This document shows, in pieces, positions 50,261 to 64,000 of a stretch of DNA of 64,000 nt. The notes under the pieces were generated by a model. It did no database searches. It saw only the letters and a list, made by a program, of their open reading frames with translations, and was not told where the DNA came from. Each line of letters opens with the position of its first letter. Position 1 is the first letter of the stretch. A program made the translations under genes and the position numbers. The stretch comes from Camelus ferus (Eukaryota), in NCBI RefSeq assembly GCF_009834535.1, contig NC_045697.1, forward strand, positions 111,788,001 to 111,852,000. Reading direction: 5' to 3'.

Positions 50261-53200
50261 TGGACGTCCCAGGAGACCCGCAGGATGGAGCGGAGGGTGC
50301 CAGGCAGCTCCCGCTCCGGGGGGGCAGGGCGGGCGTTTTCTCGTCCAGGCTCCCACTCCTAAGGGTCTCTGGGCAGGGATGAGAAGCGCTTGTCTCCGTG
50401 CACAGCAGCCTGTGGGGCAGAGCACAGGTGGAGGGACCTGCTGGAAGGTGACAGGGAGCCCAGGGCAGACCCTGGGGACCACAGGCACAGCGCCATCAGG
50501 AAGATAAGCCAACGAGAAAACAGCTACTGAGAGAGTCGCTGAGACTGGGTGACAAGGTCCAGGTCCTGCATCCTCAGGTCATGACATGTCAGTGGAGGAG
50601 GCAGAGTCCCCACGAGAAACCATCTGGGTGGAAAGGTAGGACCGGAAGTGTGAGGAGAGTGGGAACTGGATCGTGGGCGTGGGGTCGATGCCTGGAACTC
50701 AGAGTGGTCATTCCCGATGCCACCAAAGTCGAACAACTCAGTGTTCCCATCAGTTCTCTCAGGGTGAGGAGGTCCAACTCAGGTCTGCCCCCGACTTGCT
50801 GGAAAATCTACATTGTGTCCCTCGAAATGTGCAAGGCACTGAACTGCTAGTAGGGACTCAGACTAAAGTAAGTGAGGGATCCTATCCAGAAGTTTCTATC
50901 CAGATCTGAGCTTCTCAGCAGAGCCTCAGAAGTGCACCTGCTCAGGGGCGATGACAGTCCCCTCCTGACAGGGGCCCCTCATCCGCCCTGTCTGTGCTCT
51001 GACTGCTGTGAGCCCTGTCACTGCCCTGGGAAGAGGGTCTCCACTCACTCCCTGTGCAGGGGAGGGACTCGAGGCTCGGTGCTGAGCTCACCAGGCTCTG
51101 GAGCTCACAGCTCACAGCTCACAGCTGACCACCAGCAGATCCTGGGCTCCAGCCCAGACTCTCCTTCCAGTGTCCACTCCCACACTGACCACTTGCCCCT
51201 GCCACCGGGACGGGGCAGCGGGCAGGGTGCGCTGGGCAGCTTAGAGGTTGGGCTGGAAGGAAGGCTACGTGAGGCCCCACTGTGACCCACATCTTTGGTC
51301 ACACAGTCAGTCAGTGAGCGTCCAGGAGTCTTATCGCGGTTTCCTCTCACTGCACTTGGAAGTCAGTCCCTTTCACGGGTTTCCAGTTGCTGGCGGGCAC
51401 CAGAATGCTTGGTGCAAATGCAGGTTCCCTGGCCCATTTGTGGAAACGTACCAGAAGCAGTTTCTTTTTTTAAGTAAACCTTTACGGATGGAGACCACAC
51501 AGACAGACACACACTGATGCTTTTGCATCACCTGATGCAGGATTACAAAGCAAACACAGCCCTGAAACCTCCACCAAGTCCACCCACAAAACAGTACCTG
51601 CTGCCTCCCCCACCCCCACCCCCACTCTCCATCACTGTCTCCACCCTCCTCCCCAAAGATAACCACCACCTGCTGCTGAAGCACACACTGGTCTGGCCTG
51701 GTTGTGACCTTCATATGAGGGGAAACATACAGGGTGTTTTATTTTATTTCTGGGATCTTGTGCTGAATATGATGGGTGGTGGGTTCATTCTTATTTCCAT
51801 GTTTCAGATCCTTTTCCTTGGTGAGTAGTGCTCGCCTGTGTGCCTGCACCGCTGTTCAGTATGTCTTTCTGTTGCTGAATCCCTGGGTTGTTTCCCGATT
51901 TGCCCTGTGGGTTTTTTGCTGCTATGAGAATTCTTGCTTACGGGCCACGTTTCCACATGTAAATCCTGGGAGTGGAATTGCTGAGCCATACGTAGGGTAG
52001 GTACTTGCACACCCAGCTTAAGTAGAAAGAGCCAAATGATTTCCAAGGGGTTTGAACCAATGTCCTGTCTCATTTTTCTTTATGTCCACTGTCTTCACCT
52101 GACACATTATGTTTGTACTGGTCAGATGTTAGGAAAAGTGTTAAAACTTTTCTCTACCCTGAATATATGCACAAGACTTGCAATTTTGGTTTCCATCCGC
52201 ACTGCTCTAGGAGACCAGAAACTTGGTTGTGGTCACTGCAGTTTCCCTGAACATCATGGACACTAGTAGCTATCTGATGCTGATGTGAACATACATAAAT
52301 ACAGTAGAAATTGTCCGTGAGAGTACAGTATATATTTTACAAAATGCTTAAATTAAGCCATTCACAGAAATTATTGGTGGCATTGGTAGACTTCTTTTTG
52401 GTCCTTATACATATTACCAATATATATTACTTCAAAATATATAATTCCTATTATAGAAGGATTTTATGACAATAAAGGATGCCATTTAATATAATGGTAA
52501 GTGGAGGGAACCGGGTTAAGGAACTGTATGTAAAATATACTGCAATTTATGCTAAATAATCTGTCACATGAAAACATAAAGATGTGGATATAGGAACATT
52601 TCTGAGAGCACACAGCTGAGAACATGAATCCCTGATGTATCAAAGTGTAGGTTTATGGCTGATTATCGCCCCCTGTTGGTCTTCCAATACGTTTTTACAT
52701 CTTTCTTCTCCTGTCGTCAAATAAAATAATACTAGAAATAATATTAATCCTAACAGTGCAGTAACGGCACTCAGAAAAGGAGCGCTTCGTGTGATTGTAC
52801 GCACTTTGCACACATTCTCACCTGAAATATTTACTGAACTTCTGGTTATTGGGCCAGAGACACTCTACGTGTCAACACGATTACTGTCCTCCACTCACAA
52901 CCGGCAACGACTTTCAGGGGGCGGAGGAGCCCCTGCCCCTCTTCTCCGGGGAGTAAGGCAGCTGAGCCTGGTCCCAGTCGTGTAACTGCGTGTGAAAGGG
53001 TCGTAGTAAATCCTCGCTCCCAGCCGGGAATGCTCAGACCCGTGCGCAGCGCGGCCTTGTTCCCTCTCAGTAACTTTCCTTCACTTAACAGCCCGCAGGC
53101 TGCAGGGCAGGCCCTTGGGAAGCCCCAGCACCCCCTGCCAGCCCCCTCGCACTGACTCCTGAATCTGGTGGTCGTCGTTATCCTCTCACCTGTGAAACTG

Positions 53201-53262
53201 GAAGTTCTGTGACAGCTTTTTCCTTGGTCACAGTGTCTTGTTTAAATTTTATGTTTATCTTC

Positions 53263-53347
53263 TTTTTTTAGTGGAGGTACCAAGGATTGAACCCAGGACC
53301 TTGTGCATGCTAAGCACGTGCTCTACCACTGGGCTGTCCCTGTCCCT
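53263..53347 (-). mobile_element. tRNA-derived SINE
   Basis: ggattgaacccaggaccttgtgcatgctaagcacgtgctctaccact. Confidence 0.8.
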
Positions 53348-53399
53348 CTCCGGGGCACCCTACAACCACCAGCTTAGAAATTATGCTCAACAAAGTATT

Positions 53400-54020
53400 T
53401 GACAAAGAAATTCACTCAAAATGAAAAAGATACCTGCACCCCAATGTTCACAGCAGCACTGTTTACAATAGTTAAGACATGGAAACAACCTAAATGTCCA
53501 TCAACAGAGGACCTGATAAAGAAGCTGTGGTATGTTTATACAATGGAATACTACTCAGCCATAAAAAGATTAAAATAATGCCATTTGCAGCAACATGAAG
53601 GGAGCTTAAGATTGTCATTCTACGTAAAATAAGCCAGAAAAAGAAAAATACAGGATATCACTCATAAGTATAAATCTAAAAACAAGAAGAAAAAGAAAAG
53701 AGAACATTAATGATCTTATCTACCAAAGAAACAGACTCACAGACATAGAAAACAATCCTGTGGCTTTGTGGTTACCGGGGAATGGGGCAGGAAAGGATAA
53801 ATTTGGGTGTTTGAGATTTGCAAATGATAAGCACTATATATAAAAATGAATAAAATAAATTTCTTCTCTATAGCACAGGGAACTATATTTAGTATATTGT
53901 AATAACCATTAATGAAAAATAATATAAAAATGAATACATGCATATATGCATGACTGAGAGGTTATGCTGTACACCAGAAATTGATACATTGTAACTGCCT
54001 ATACTTCATTTAAAAAAGAG
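53400..54020 (+). mobile_element. L1 3' end
   Basis: tgcaccccaatgttcacagcagcactgtttacaatag...ggaatactactcagccataaaa...tatacttcatttaaaa. Confidence 0.88.
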
Positions 54021-55494
54021 AGAGAGAGATCAAATGGGAAGATCAGGAGGGAGCTTGGCTGAGAAGTCCAACTACTTGGGGGCCGTGGCAACTCCTTTCC
54101 GTGGGGTTCAGAGTGTGGGGAGAAGTAATTCAGGAGTCAGAGGTTTCCCCTCAAAGGCCTGTGTGCTTTGGCAAACTGAGAAGTTATGGTGACATTATTT
54201 TCCCCGAAATGAGGGCACCGAGATTTACTCCCCTGAAACCAGTATGTGAGGCGAGAGACAGCTGGCCAGGGGCCGTGAGAGGAATTTCAGATTTGGACCC
54301 TGAGAACAGTGGGAGCCAGTGGCGGATTTCAGGCAGAGGGACCCCGAGAGCAGCAGGGACTTTTGAACAGCTCTCCGGGCTGCACCCTAATCTTGGTGGA
54401 TAAGAGGTGGATACAGCAGCCAGTGGATACAGACTGGGCAGCAGGAGGCTCCCGCTGGACCCATGGTGCCCTGAGGCCGCCTGGTGGACGAGGTGGGAAG
54501 TGCACCCAGGAGGTCAGTAAAGGGTGGAGAGGGACCCCAAGGCAAGAGCTTCAGCCACGTAGGTGACAGCGCGGGACCAGGGCAGAACTGAGGGGAAGTG
54601 AGTGCAGTTTAAGCACAAGGCGTGTCTGGTCCTCGAAGAAACAGAAGGACCTAGTTTGCACTTGGATTTACTGAGGCTGAAGCTACAAACACGGACTCCA
54701 GACCCTTTAAGAGAGAGACGGCGGCTGAAGTCTTCAGAGTGGCTGACACCTGAGCGTCCGCGAGCTCTCCGATGTGCCATCCCTCCTGGTTTTACTCCAA
54801 AAATAACTCTTTTTTCACATATCCAATTTTCATTCAGAGAATCTCGCCTCTCAGTGCTCCTCCTGTCAGAAAAAAGCAAAAACATCCTCTTTTAACCCAG
54901 GATCCTCCCCTGCTGTGTGACCTACCCGTGTCATCTGCTGGGGCCTCCTGCGGGCGGAATCACCCAGCAGGGCGGGGACTGAATGTCTGCTCTGGACGCG
55001 CCCTGCAGGCAAGTGCAGCCCCCGCCCTACTCTGCTTGCCCCTGGCAGTCTCTCAGAGAAATTAGCAAGAGGGAGGCAGGGAATGGGGGCCGCAGCACCC
55101 CCTCGCTGGAGGAACCTAAAGGAAACGGAACCCCCGTGGAGGCTCAGAACCCCAGCTTATAAAGCAGCTTCGACAAACAGGTCATTTGTAGACCAGAGAG
55201 AGGAGCTTGGAAGCAGATTTAGGCTTTCAAGGGAGGCAGGATGTGGGAAATTCAAACCATGGAGGAGAATTAATGGAGTAAGGTTTGTTTGCAGCTTCCT
55301 CTGGCGCCCTCCCTGGGCTGACAAGGGTCTGCGGCCACTAAGACGAGAATTTGTATCCCACCACTAGCCAGAGAAGGGGAGGGTTTGTGGGTTTGCTGCT
55401 TCTTAATTGCCTTCAGCTCAATATAATTTTTGTGTCATAAAGGCATATTTTGGGGTGACATATTCTAGTTTCCTTGAAATGCAACTTCCAGATG

Positions 55495-55680
55495 AATGGT
55501 TCTCAAAGGTTGGGGTGCACCAGGGTCACCGGTAGGCTGTCGGTAACAGTGGTTTCTGGGCCCCGTCCCCCACCCCATTATTTCTGAGTCAGTAGGTTGG
55601 AGGTGGGGCCCAGGAACCTATATTTTAATAAATGTCTACATGGTCATGATGCTACTGGTCTGGAGAGCATGCTTAGAGAC
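55495..55680 (+). mobile_element. MER5A-like DNA transposon fossil
   Basis: ggttctcaaag...tttctgagtcagtagg..ggaggtggggcccaggaa..tatattttaataa. Confidence 0.65.
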
Positions 55681-57135
55681 CCCTGTGCAGACCCCTTCTT
55701 GCAGAGGTGTCCTCCCTGGCCCTTCTCCACACCTCCCCTTCCCAATTCCTAAAAGTCTTCTTAATAATGTCCTCAGAGACCCAGATGTCCACGCCCACAG
55801 AAGAGTTGTCTCAGTTCCTGTTGTAATGCTGCTTCCTGGTCTGGGCAATGTTGGGAGAACATTCTGTGAGTCTGAGGGCTTCTGCACATCCTGTGAGCAG
55901 AGGCACTGGCTGCCATTTGGTTCTGCACTATCTTTCCAAGGATGCTTCCTGAGGAGCTGCTTCAGAAGCTGGAGAGTCACCCTGCAGAGCAGAGGGAGGT
56001 GTGACTGCTGTACATCATGTTGAAGGCTATGCCTCCCTTTGGGGCAGAGTCTGGGCAGTTTTGCCCACAGCGCAGTGAGGATCCGGATGTCCTGGGCTGG
56101 GAGTTCCCGTCTGTGCTGCAAATCCCCTGTGTGCACCGCATCCATCTAGGCTCACCCCACGGATGGAAGGACCCCGGGTACTGAGACTAACATAGAGTTC
56201 ATGCCACCACTGTGCCACGAGTAAGAAAGTGCTTTGTGTCTTCGGCCAGCATCCATCATACAGGGGCAGGCTAACTTGTCAGCTCAAAAATAAGGTAAAT
56301 CTCACATCCTTCATAGTTCTTAACACGTACACCCTCATTTGTTTTACATCACACATTTAAAAGCGTTTACTCCACCAGATCTTAGTTTTTCATTATCCTT
56401 CATCAATAAAGCCCAACAGAGTGTCACAGAGAAAATATTGGTTCTAGGTCTGGTCTCAGGAGAATAAAAGATGGGAATGAAGGCTCCTGTATCTCACAGC
56501 AGGGATGAGCTCAAAGACTAGCGAGGACTGGCCAAGAGGGTGCAGAGGCAGCATAGGGAGCATGGCCGGCTCCATGTGGGGCTCTCTGGACCTCAGCAAG
56601 GAGAATGATGGGTATACACGTTGGAGAGGAAGAGAATTCATGAGTCCAGGGGGTGCCTCTAAAAACACAGAAGGGGACGTCAGGGAGGGAAAGGTCTTCT
56701 TTAGGGAAGATGCCAGCAGTGAAGTGTAGGGGCGCAGAATTAGAGAACCTCCATCTGCCCCCCCAACACCATCACTGAGCCTGCTGAGCTCGTCACTGGT
56801 GGTTAAAACCTTTGAGGGCGCTGATCCACTGACCTAATGCTGACATTTACAGAATAACTGTGTTGTTCCTGATACTGTTTTGTGCCGGATAACATACAAG
56901 ACTGTTAACCACATCGCAGTGACTTCTGACTTATACTCAATTGTCAGAGAGCTGAGATCGCCCCAAAGCTCAGGCTCGGGCTGCTTCCCTTGCGCAGGGC
57001 GTGTCTCTCCTCTTGCCATCAGATAAATGCCCCTTGCATGGAAATGTTATGAATCACAACTTTTTTCTTTTTGGACTTTTGGGAGAGTATTCTCAAATCG
57101 GGAATTAGCTGGCCAGTGGGAATAAAATGTATTTT

Positions 57136-57570
57136 GGCTCTCTCGTGTCCTCGCCTGGTGACCAGGCAAAGAGGGAACGATGGTCTTGCCAAAAAGGCCT
57201 GCAGCCTCATGCAGCTTATTTGCTGTGCCAGATGCCTGCCCAAGGACACGGTCACTGAGAAGTTTGTCATTCAAAACACAGTAGAGGCCGCAGCCATCGG
57301 GGACGTTTCTGAAGCAAGTGTCTCCACGCCTACGTGCCTCCCAAGCTGTCTGTGGAACTGCACTACTACGTGAGCTGTGCCACGCACAGCAAGGTGGTCA
57401 GGAGTCCTCGTGAAGCCCGGAAGGAGCGAACATGCCCACCCAGATTTAGACCTGCAGGTGCCGCCCCACGGCCTCCACCAGAGCCCATGTAAGGAGCTAA
57501 GTCCTTAATGACTGAAGAAATCTTGTTCTCTGCAAAACAAAACAACAAAATGGAAATTATACTTAAAAAC
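57136..57570 (+). pseudogene. RPS26: Processed pseudogene of ribosomal protein S26
   Basis: Start decayed to GTG at 57158; RGNDGLAKK...CARCLPKD..KFVIQNTVEAAA..DVSEAS, frameshifts, then [17 protein letters not shown] (TAA 57490-57492). Short 3' UTR, A-rich end and possible degenerate TSD (..gtattttg on both sides). Confidence 0.95.
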
Positions 57571-60539
57571 CAGTATTTTGAAATACTCTTAAGTATTTTG
57601 AAAGAGACGGGCTGTTGTGGCCCCAGAGGGGTGACACTCCATCCCGGTGGCCCCGCAGACGTCACCACTCTAACCCTCCCTTTCCACTTTTGTCTATGGG
57701 AGGCAAGTCCTCCCACAGTAGAGAATTCTCGTGAAGTTTTCACAGGATGTTTGAGTAAAGCACAGAGCACGCAGTCTAACCTGGTAAAGCACTCAGTAGG
57801 CGACACCTCTGATTTGAAACTGAGAGGGCGGAAGAACACTGGAGGGAACGCTGACCTCGCAGAAAGACTGTCCTTCTTCCAGAAACTTCTCTTCCCACCA
57901 TGGATGCAACACTTTCCATTCAGGCTTCTGCTCATAGTGAAATATGTGTGTGGATGTGGAACAGTTTCTGAGACCCTGAGTTCAGTGAACAGAAGGGGCT
58001 GGGCTGGGGTTGGAGGACACCTGTCCTCAGCCGTGGTTTAAAAGAGGGAACGGCCGCTTCCTGTGTGTGCGCGGGCCGCTCCGGGCTGACCAGGAGCTGG
58101 GAACGCTCCACCCCGTGGTCCTGGACACGCATTGCTGTGGCCGCAGGGGCTCAACTGCCCAGTGTTATTTTTGATCTAATCGTGTGGGTTTGGTTGTTCA
58201 AACGTTTTCCAACAGATGGTACCAGACATTTCGGTGCAGGATCTGCAGGAGGGGGGCAATGTCTGTTCCTGATGAGAAGCAAAGCCTCATCCTCTCTCCG
58301 GATGGGAAGGTCATCCACACTGAAACGGGGCAAGGAGGCAAATATGCCCTGCTTTCCTATGTCTCTGCTCCCTGGACGGTCACAGGCCCAGCTGGGATGA
58401 CACTCATGTCTCTGGCTCCAGGACTCTAACTATGAAGTGAGTGAGAGAGCTCCGGAGGTTGGCTGGGTTGGGGACTAGGTGATAAGCCGATCAGGAGATG
58501 ATGGGTCTATGAAGAAGATGCGGGCAAAGCACAGGACTGAAGGTCAAGACCCGGCAGCCGTTCCCCTCTGCTGTCAACTGAGAAGAGTCGTCTGTGTCTG
58601 ACAGACCCCGGATCTCCTGACCCATCAGAATAGTTTGAAAATACACCCGCTCCCAAAGTCCAGATCCAGGTACAGCCCTAAACACGTGACTCCTGCACCT
58701 CCCTTACTGCACCCCGCGGGGCAGCCAGCTCCCCCTGACCCTCTACAAAGGGGACAGGCCTGGAAAGGACCCTCCTGACAGGAGTTGTCAAGGGAAACCA
58801 GGTCACGTTGGCACATTCTAGGGGACTGGAAGTGGGGTGGGCAGCCTCCAGACTGAAGAGAAGTGGGGCGGGGTCAGAGCTGGACTTGCTCCCAGGGGCT
58901 GAAAGCGTCTCCAGCAGGTATGGAGATCTAGACCCTCCAGCGGTCCTTTCATATGAATGGAAGAAAAATGGATCCATCTCTTGAAAACATTTTAACCTAC
59001 AGAAAGTGTAAAATCAACCTTTCCAAGGTCAATTTGACCCTAGATACTGAAACTTGAGTTCCCAGTCTTCTCACCTCAGAAGACAGAAAAGGCATGACAG
59101 TGGAAACCGTGAAACCACGCTGTCCACACAATCTCACAAGGTTACTTGTTTACCAGCTGCCCTGAGTCTTCAGAGGGTTGGCATCATTAGTTGGTGGAGA
59201 AGGAGGCAGTGGTGAAGGGGCCATGGTGTCTGTAGGGGTCCATCCCCTGGGATGCTATGGCTCTGCCATCCCCCAAGGGGGAAGCTGACAAATCTTTCTC
59301 TGGTCTTAACCCCTGTGTTGCACCGCATACACCAAAGTCCAGGGGGACTGGCGCTTTCTAAATTATGAGTTGGGAGAGGTTTCATTTTGTACTTTGAATA
59401 ACAGCTCTCATATCAGAGCAAAAATACTTACACCAATACTTTTCGAGGAAAATGTAGGGCTTATTTCTCTACTGGACCCACCTGGGAGACATTTCCCGGT
59501 TGGTACTTTTCCTCTATGGTTCATGAGAACATTATGCAAATTAATACAATTAATAACTGTGGGATAATATAATCTCAAGAATTAGATGGTGTTTTGGGTT
59601 TTGGTTGTGTATTTGTTTTAACTTGTTTAGAAACAATTGTATTTTCACAGGAAGCTGCAAAGCTAGTGCAGGTGTTTTGTTATTTGCCACCTGGAAGACA
59701 GCCATTTTCTGTCTGTCCTCACTGACTATGTTACTTACCAGGCTTATTTTACAGAAATGTTGCAGGAAACAAATGCAAACTGCTTTGGCAGTTCCAAAGC
59801 AAAATACATCAAAATTAGAGGGTTTTCCCCGCAAACATCGTCTTTTCAAATTTTCATCAAGGCCCTGGAATTCTAATCCCTGCTGCGCTGAGGCCGCGGG
59901 GCGCGCCAGGAACAGAGTCGGCAGACGCTCAGAGGCCACCGCCCTCCAGGCACTGCTGCCCTCCGGCCCTGCGGTTCCTGCCTCACTCCGGGCTTCTCCT
60001 GGGTGCGCGTCTCCTCCCAAGGGGCCCCTCCCCGCAGCGCCCTCGTCTCTGGGAGACAATCACGCCGGGAACCTGAACCATCCGCAGCGGCACAACTGTC
60101 TCGGGGGCCGGGACTTCGCACAGTTTGTCTTCCGTGTGTCAGGCAGGTCCGGACCTGGGCTCTGTACACTGCCCTGTCTGCGGTCAGGGTTCAGCGGTCC
60201 TGGAATAGGAAACTGCTCGTCGTGAGGGTGCAGGGGGCCCGGGATGGACTCACCCAGACCCCGGACCCTCCGCGTGCACGCGGAGCTGGAGATCGGGAAG
60301 GGCGGGGGAGTCACACCTCCCTGGGGAGGAAATGGACAGACTCACAGCGCCTTTCAGAGTTCATTTCCCCCATCGGAGAAGATTAAAGTTAAGTGGCGTT
60401 GAAAGGATCATGGGAGGATCTCAAATCTGCAGCTGGGATCCTGTTATCACCGGGACAGCGGCCGCCCATCAGCTTGGCCTCATCCCAGGCTGGGTCCTCC
60501 CCCCTCCCCCCCTCAACTCTGAGCAGCACCTCTAAACAC

Positions 60540-60712
60540 TCATCCAATCCACTCTCCGGGGGAGGAGCCACAGCCTTTAGGGCGGGACCCCAATAGCTCC
60601 ACCCTCCTGGCGGTGTATATATGCTCGGGTCACATCCCCGCCCACACTATTTGGTGGGACAGCAGACTGAGGACCAGGCGTTGGGACACCACCAGAGCCG
60701 CACCAGGTAAGT
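60540..60712 (+). promoter_or_regulatory. Putative TRIM75 promoter and non-coding first exon
   Basis: Two CCAAT motifs, GGGCGGG GC box, TATATAT at 60616-60622 and a consensus donor CAG|GTAAGT at 60706/60707. Candidate acceptor ttatttttctcatccccag|G at 63079/63080 upstream of the ATG; CpG-rich stretch at ~59880-60310. Confidence 0.6.
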
Positions 60713-61026
60713 GGAGAGCAGGAGTGGGGAGGTGACAAGGCCAGGGCTCCCTGAGTCCCTGCTCTGGGCCCAGCCTAGGGACCCACCTCCGAGGGATCCA
60801 CACTCAGGTTTGGCTTCTGCTAAAACCTGTCCTTTATCAGGGTTCCCAGTCCCTCAGCCTGCCTTGTCCTAAGTCACCTAAATGCGTACTGAGAGCACAG
60901 ATGCCAAGTTCCTACCCTGTCCTGGGGGCCTGAGGATGAAAATACTTGTGTGTGACAATCCCGCAAAGGCTGGTCTGAAGCTGTGGGATCCCCCTCCAGG
61001 ATGTCTCAGTCCTGGGAAGTGTGGAG

Positions 61027-61490
61027 TGTTAACCAAAACCCCAGAAACCCAGACCTCACTGAAATAGAGACGTTTATTGGGGGTCGTTAGGACTGCAGTC
61101 CCGGAGACACAGATTCAAAAAGCACTTGAATTGTGTCCCCAGGATACACAATGGGGAAGGCTTATAAAGGCATGAAACCTGCAAGGCTCCATCAGTTGGC
61201 TGTCAATAATTAGGATGGACCTGGCAAGAAGGGTGATGGTTAAACAGAGAAGGACTGGTTGTTGCTCAAATTGATAACACAATTGTGAGGGTGGGGGTGG
61301 GGAGGGGTTTGAAACTACAAGGTTGCAGCTAGAGCTGTCAGCAGGTACTGCTTTGTAAACAGCTGGTGGTGTCCTTGAGTTTGATCCAGTTCAGAAAAGT
61401 CAGGTTGTTACTGGTGCAGGGATGTGTCTGAAACCACAGCCACATTGGCCACCGGCTCCATTTTGACTTTTAAGGAACTTTAAATCTCAT
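61027..61490 (-). mobile_element. ERV LTR within the putative TRIM75 intron 1
   Basis: tgtta start on + (= ...taaca end on -), reverse AATAAA (tttatt ~61073) and reverse TATA (cttata ~61160). Confidence 0.55.
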
Positions 61491-63142
61491 CAGTGTGCAG
61501 GTGGGGAGGGACAACGATTAGAGCTCCGGGGGCCGGGGAGGAATTTGGTCTTCCTCCATCTCACCACGCCTGCCTGCAGACAGGCAGAGCAGAAGCAGGT
61601 TACCCCAGAGTCACTCAGTCCCTATGGGAGACCCGGAAACCTGGCAGGATTTTAGTGCTCTACAGCTTAGCCAGGGACTGAGGTGATTTTTGGAGATGCA
61701 ATCATGGCAGACAGCACGGAGGTGACAGCTCTGTGTGGGATGCAGTTTTTCCAAATCTGTAAATCTACAGCAGTCAGAGTGAAAAGAGCTCACGATCCTG
61801 TCCTTACTGCTCTGTCACATTTTGTTGGGGAGGTGACCCTCATGCAGCGGGGAAGCTGAGATCTGGAAGAAGTGACAGTGAGCTCTGAGCCGGGCAGCAC
61901 CGGAGACCTCTGAGGGCTCTGCTGGTACAAAGGCACTGGGGCCAGAGGAGCTGAACATACTACAGGAGGGTAGGAGGGTGAGAGCCTGGTGCTGGGGAAG
62001 CTGGAGCTGAGGGAAGGACGGGGTCCTCTAGATGAAACGCAGTCCTGCAGGAGAGCCCTGTGGGAGGGGGTGTGACTAGATCTGGGTGTGGGTGGCAGAA
62101 GACTGGAGGGGGCCCAGAGGGTGGTAGTGGGCTGGGCAATCAGAGGCTAGAACACTCTGAAATTCATTTGTCCATCATTCTGGATCAAAATACTGTTTTA
62201 AACCAATCAGGCATCAAGATAATTAAATCAATAGACTCCCTCACACCTCCCCGCATCGGCCATGGATACTCAGCGTCCAGCTTTGGGATCACTTCACTGA
62301 TCTCAGAGGAAAGTCTGGGGAGTTTACCAGGACACATCCTCTGTGGGTGCCCTGAGTTGGCCTCTCAGCTCTTTGAGAATCAGCAGCAGCTTCTAAGGGA
62401 AAGTGCCACACATCCTTGTAGAGATTCTGACCTCACAAAGCTTCACTAGCTGGCAGCTCACCAAGGATGTCAGGGAGTAGTTATGTGTATGTGTGTTTCT
62501 CAGCTTCAACTCACAATAAAATCCTGATCTCAATCTCATACTGTGCCTGATGTGAAGAGTTTTCTGACCTGGCAGGGTGTCCAGATAAATTTCTTCTAGT
62601 CCAAATCAAATCCACTTATGCACACAGTCTGATGTATCTGATATATCCTGTAGTTGAGAACCTTAAGTGAAAAGTAAATTTTTATGTATTATGAATTGAG
62701 TGCTGTCAGAAATATCTGTGGTTTAAGCCAAAAAGTAGCAGGTTCTTTTATTAGATTTTTGACAACACTGAAATGATTGAAGCTGAGAATTTTGTCCTTT
62801 AACCAGATCCTCTTAGAATCAGGGATGCTATGTGACTTTGCCCAGGTCCACAGATAAGCTGTTGACTGAGGGGGACTCCCCACCCAGGCCTGGGGCTCTC
62901 ATCCCCAAGCCCACACACATTTCAACTCCCAGGACACCGTCACATCAGCCAGTGGTCCCTGCGGGTGTAAGTGGATCGTGGTGGAGGGGAGGGTCAGCAG
63001 ATTCTTCAAGGTGGCAGCGAGCTGGTCCCACAACACAGGGCAGCCTTTTCACAGGCAGGATTATTTTTCTCATCCCCAGGAAGGAAAAGGCACTTTCGAC
63101 TTGTGTCTGCTTTCTGACCCAGAGAGTTGCTGAGAGCAGTGA

Positions 63143-64000
<858 letters not shown>

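Noticed and set aside
51102..51126. (GCTCACA)x3 and other short tandem runs, e.g. (CA)n at ~32223-32242
   Set aside because: Ordinary slippage repeats with no sign of function.
57508..60225. 170-206 aa ORFs (57508-58041, 57366-57935, 59605-60225, 59550-60059)
   Set aside because: No recognisable homology; they span pseudogene tails or AT-to-GC composition shifts and look like chance ORFs.

Overview
Mammalian genomic DNA, probably camelid: the young tRNA-derived SINEs and L1 3' ends resemble camelid families, judged from memory rather than a search. The window covers a TRIM60/TRIM61/TRIM75-type gene cluster in repeat-dense sequence. It holds one intact minus-strand TRIM60-family gene with an uninterrupted CDS (17461-18846, 461 aa, RING-Bbox-coiled coil-PRY/SPRY) and the 5' half of TRIM75 on the plus strand (ATG 63338, running off the window and absent from the ORF track). 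A diverged paralog appears twice (35770-37158 and 44044-45423) inside an ~8.2 kb near-identical direct duplication split by a 100-N gap, probably a false duplication from an unmerged contig overlap. Comparing the two copies separates private indels (likely read errors) from shared lesions. The shared lesions lie only in the PRY/SPRY end, while the RING-Bbox half is almost identical to the intact gene, suggesting a gene-converted, SPRY-less ~339 aa TRIM. Also present are ATP5F1C and RPS26 processed pseudogenes, ERV1/ERVL remnants, LTRs, L1/L2, SINEs, DNA-transposon fossils and several promoter-like regions with DUX/paired-homeodomain-like motifs. There are no prokaryotic-type systems. Repeat family names are recognition-based and unverified.
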